Positions 62,001 to 64,000 of a stretch of DNA of 64,000 bases are shown here, piece after piece (position 1 is the stretch's first letter; the number at the start of each line of letters is the position of its first letter). Under the pieces are notes generated by a model, which had not been told where the DNA came from, searched no databases, and saw only the letters and a program-made list of their open reading frames with translations. The translations under genes were made by a program, and so were the position numbers. The stretch lies in the NCBI RefSeq assembly GCF_009914755.1, contig NC_060935.1, one strand, 5' to 3'. The DNA comes from the human T2T-CHM13v2.0 reference genome, Homo sapiens.

Positions 62001-64000
62001 TTTTGCATGTTTTCATCATAGTGATTATATCTTTTCACTTCCAGATGTAGGATTCTCTAGAGCATTTCTTTTACAGCAGGTCGAGTGTTGATGAATTCCT
62101 TCAGTTTTTGCATGTCTAGGAAAGACTCTTTCTCCTTCAATTCTCAAGGACAGCTTTGCTGGGTATAGTTTTTGGTTGACAAGTTACTTCTTCCAGTACT
62201 TTGAATGTGTCGTGTAATTCTCTCCTTGTCTGTAAGTTTTTTTGCAGACAAATAGGCTCATAATCTAATGGAGATTCCCTTATATGTGAATTGATGCTCT
62301 TCTTTTGCTATTTTTAGAATTCTCTATTTGTCTTTGATTTTTGACAATTTGATTATACTGTGTCTCAAAGAGGACTTTTTGGATTGATCTTATTTGGGAA
62401 CCTTTGAGTTTTCTTGGATCTGGATGTTCATAAATCTTTCCAGACTTTAGGAAGTTTTCAGCTATTATTTTATTAAATAGTTTTCTAAGCCTTTTCCATT
62501 CTCTTCTTCTGCTGGGACATAAATGTTATAAAAATTTGTTCATTTAGTTGTGTTCCACATGGCTTGGAGGCATTCTTCACTCTTTTTCATTCTTTTTTCT
62601 TTTTCTCTGACTGGTAAATTTTAAATGACCTATCTTCAAGTTCAGAGATTCTTCTGCTTGATCAAGTCTGTTATTTAAGCTCTCCATTGTATTTTATTTT
62701 ATTCGTTCAGTTCCTCAGCCACAGAACTTCTGTTTGGTTCTTTTTTTATAATTTATATCTCTTTGTTGAATTTATTGTTCATGTCATGAATTGTTTTACT
62801 TATTTCATTAAATTGTCTGGTTTTTTTTTTCCCCTTATCTCATTTATCTTCCTTGAGATCATGCGTTTGAATTCCTTTTCTGTCAGTTTGTTGATTTTCC
62901 TTCTATTGAGGTCTGGTACATAGCTATTATCTTCCTATGGTAGTGTCATATTTCCTTGTTTTTTGTGTTTCTTGTGTTCCAATGTTGATGTCTGTGCATC
63001 TGGTGGAACAATCACCACTTCTAAACTTTATAGTCTTTTATAGAGAAACAATTCCACTTGCAGATGTGTTGTAGTATGCTGGTTGGGAAAGGTGTGATGA
63101 CTTTGTTTCCAGATGAATACAGTGATATGGTCTTTGTGTAGCTTCTTCAGCTATGTGCAATGTCAGCCATAACTGTGGACACTTCAGTGGCCTAGGTTGT
63201 AAAAGTCTGTGTCAGTAGTAGTAGCAGCAGCAGCATAGGTTGTTAATGTCCTTGGTGTTAAGGGCTTTTGGTTTTCTCTTATTATTCTCTTTTTCCCCAC
63301 AATGGAGAGACTTAGCCAAGGAGATCCCTATTGGTGTCAGGTCTGACATGGTCTACAGACAGCCTCAATAGTACTGGGTTCCAGGTGCAGGTGCTTGCAG
63401 TTGCTGTGGGGCCAGGGTCCTAGGCTCAGGGTCCCATGAACCCATTGTGGCACCTGGATCTTGAGGTGCAGGTTTGCTCTCTGTGGCAGATTTGGATGTA
63501 GGTTGCCCACTGAGCTAAGATCTGTGATTCAGAGTACCACCCCTTTTCCTGCCCACCCCCCTCCCCCCAGCAGCTTGAGTCTAGGGGGCTGGTTTATAAA
63601 TGTCCTTCGACCTTTAGAGGGCAGAGCACAACACTGGCCTGACTCTGGGAAGGAAGGCGTCCTCTGGAGGTTTTGGACTTGGGTATCAGTGTATGACTAC
63701 TTTGAGAACCTGAGCCAATAGAGCTCAGTGGCAACTTGGGTCCTAAAGGATGTAGCACCATATAGTAGTGACTCTAGACCCTGGGATATTGGGGTTTGGC
63801 CACATCCCAGACTCTGTGAGACCATATGCAGTACTAGCAAGTACCCTAGAATGGTGGAGTACAGCTATTGTTCAGGCCCTGGGGAGCAGGGAACAGCACA
63901 GAGGTGACTCCACTTCCCAGGAAGAGGGACGTCTCAGCAGCTCAGACTCTAGAAGGCTGGTCCAGCTCCAGGGCATCTGTATACTAAAGTTGTTTGACCT
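59049..64000 (-). mobile_element. Older L1 (L1MA/PB-type) ORF2-ORF1-5'UTR, host of the L1PA insertion
   Basis: Degenerate ORF2 ([14 protein letters not shown]..), ORF1 and GC-richer 5'UTR antisense. Confidence 0.85.

Overview
Primate (human/ape-like) nuclear DNA: AluY/S/J, L1PA, THE1/MST/MLT1 LTRs, L2, MIR, HAL1 and Tigger3/MER102 cover most of the window. I see no intact protein-coding gene, RNA gene or CRISPR array, and the long ORFs in the track are L1 ORF1/ORF2 remnants. Recognisable non-repeat content is a full-length processed NDUFB8 pseudogene (~3655-4325) and a short intronless ARHGAP26 (GRAF1) PH-domain fragment (~36975-37268) joined directly to the 3' half of an MLT1 LTR. That join looks like a retrocopy of an LTR-terminated, truncated ARHGAP26 isoform. 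Up to eight + strand exon-like islands (9.1-52.6 kb) mostly join in consistent reading phase into a stop-riddled polypeptide I cannot name, a candidate decayed (unitary) pseudogene. Two convergent L1PA elements both lack their 3' ends and break within 30 nt of each other on the L1 map, and one L1 has a twin-priming inversion. Repeat subfamily names and boundaries are by eye and approximate.
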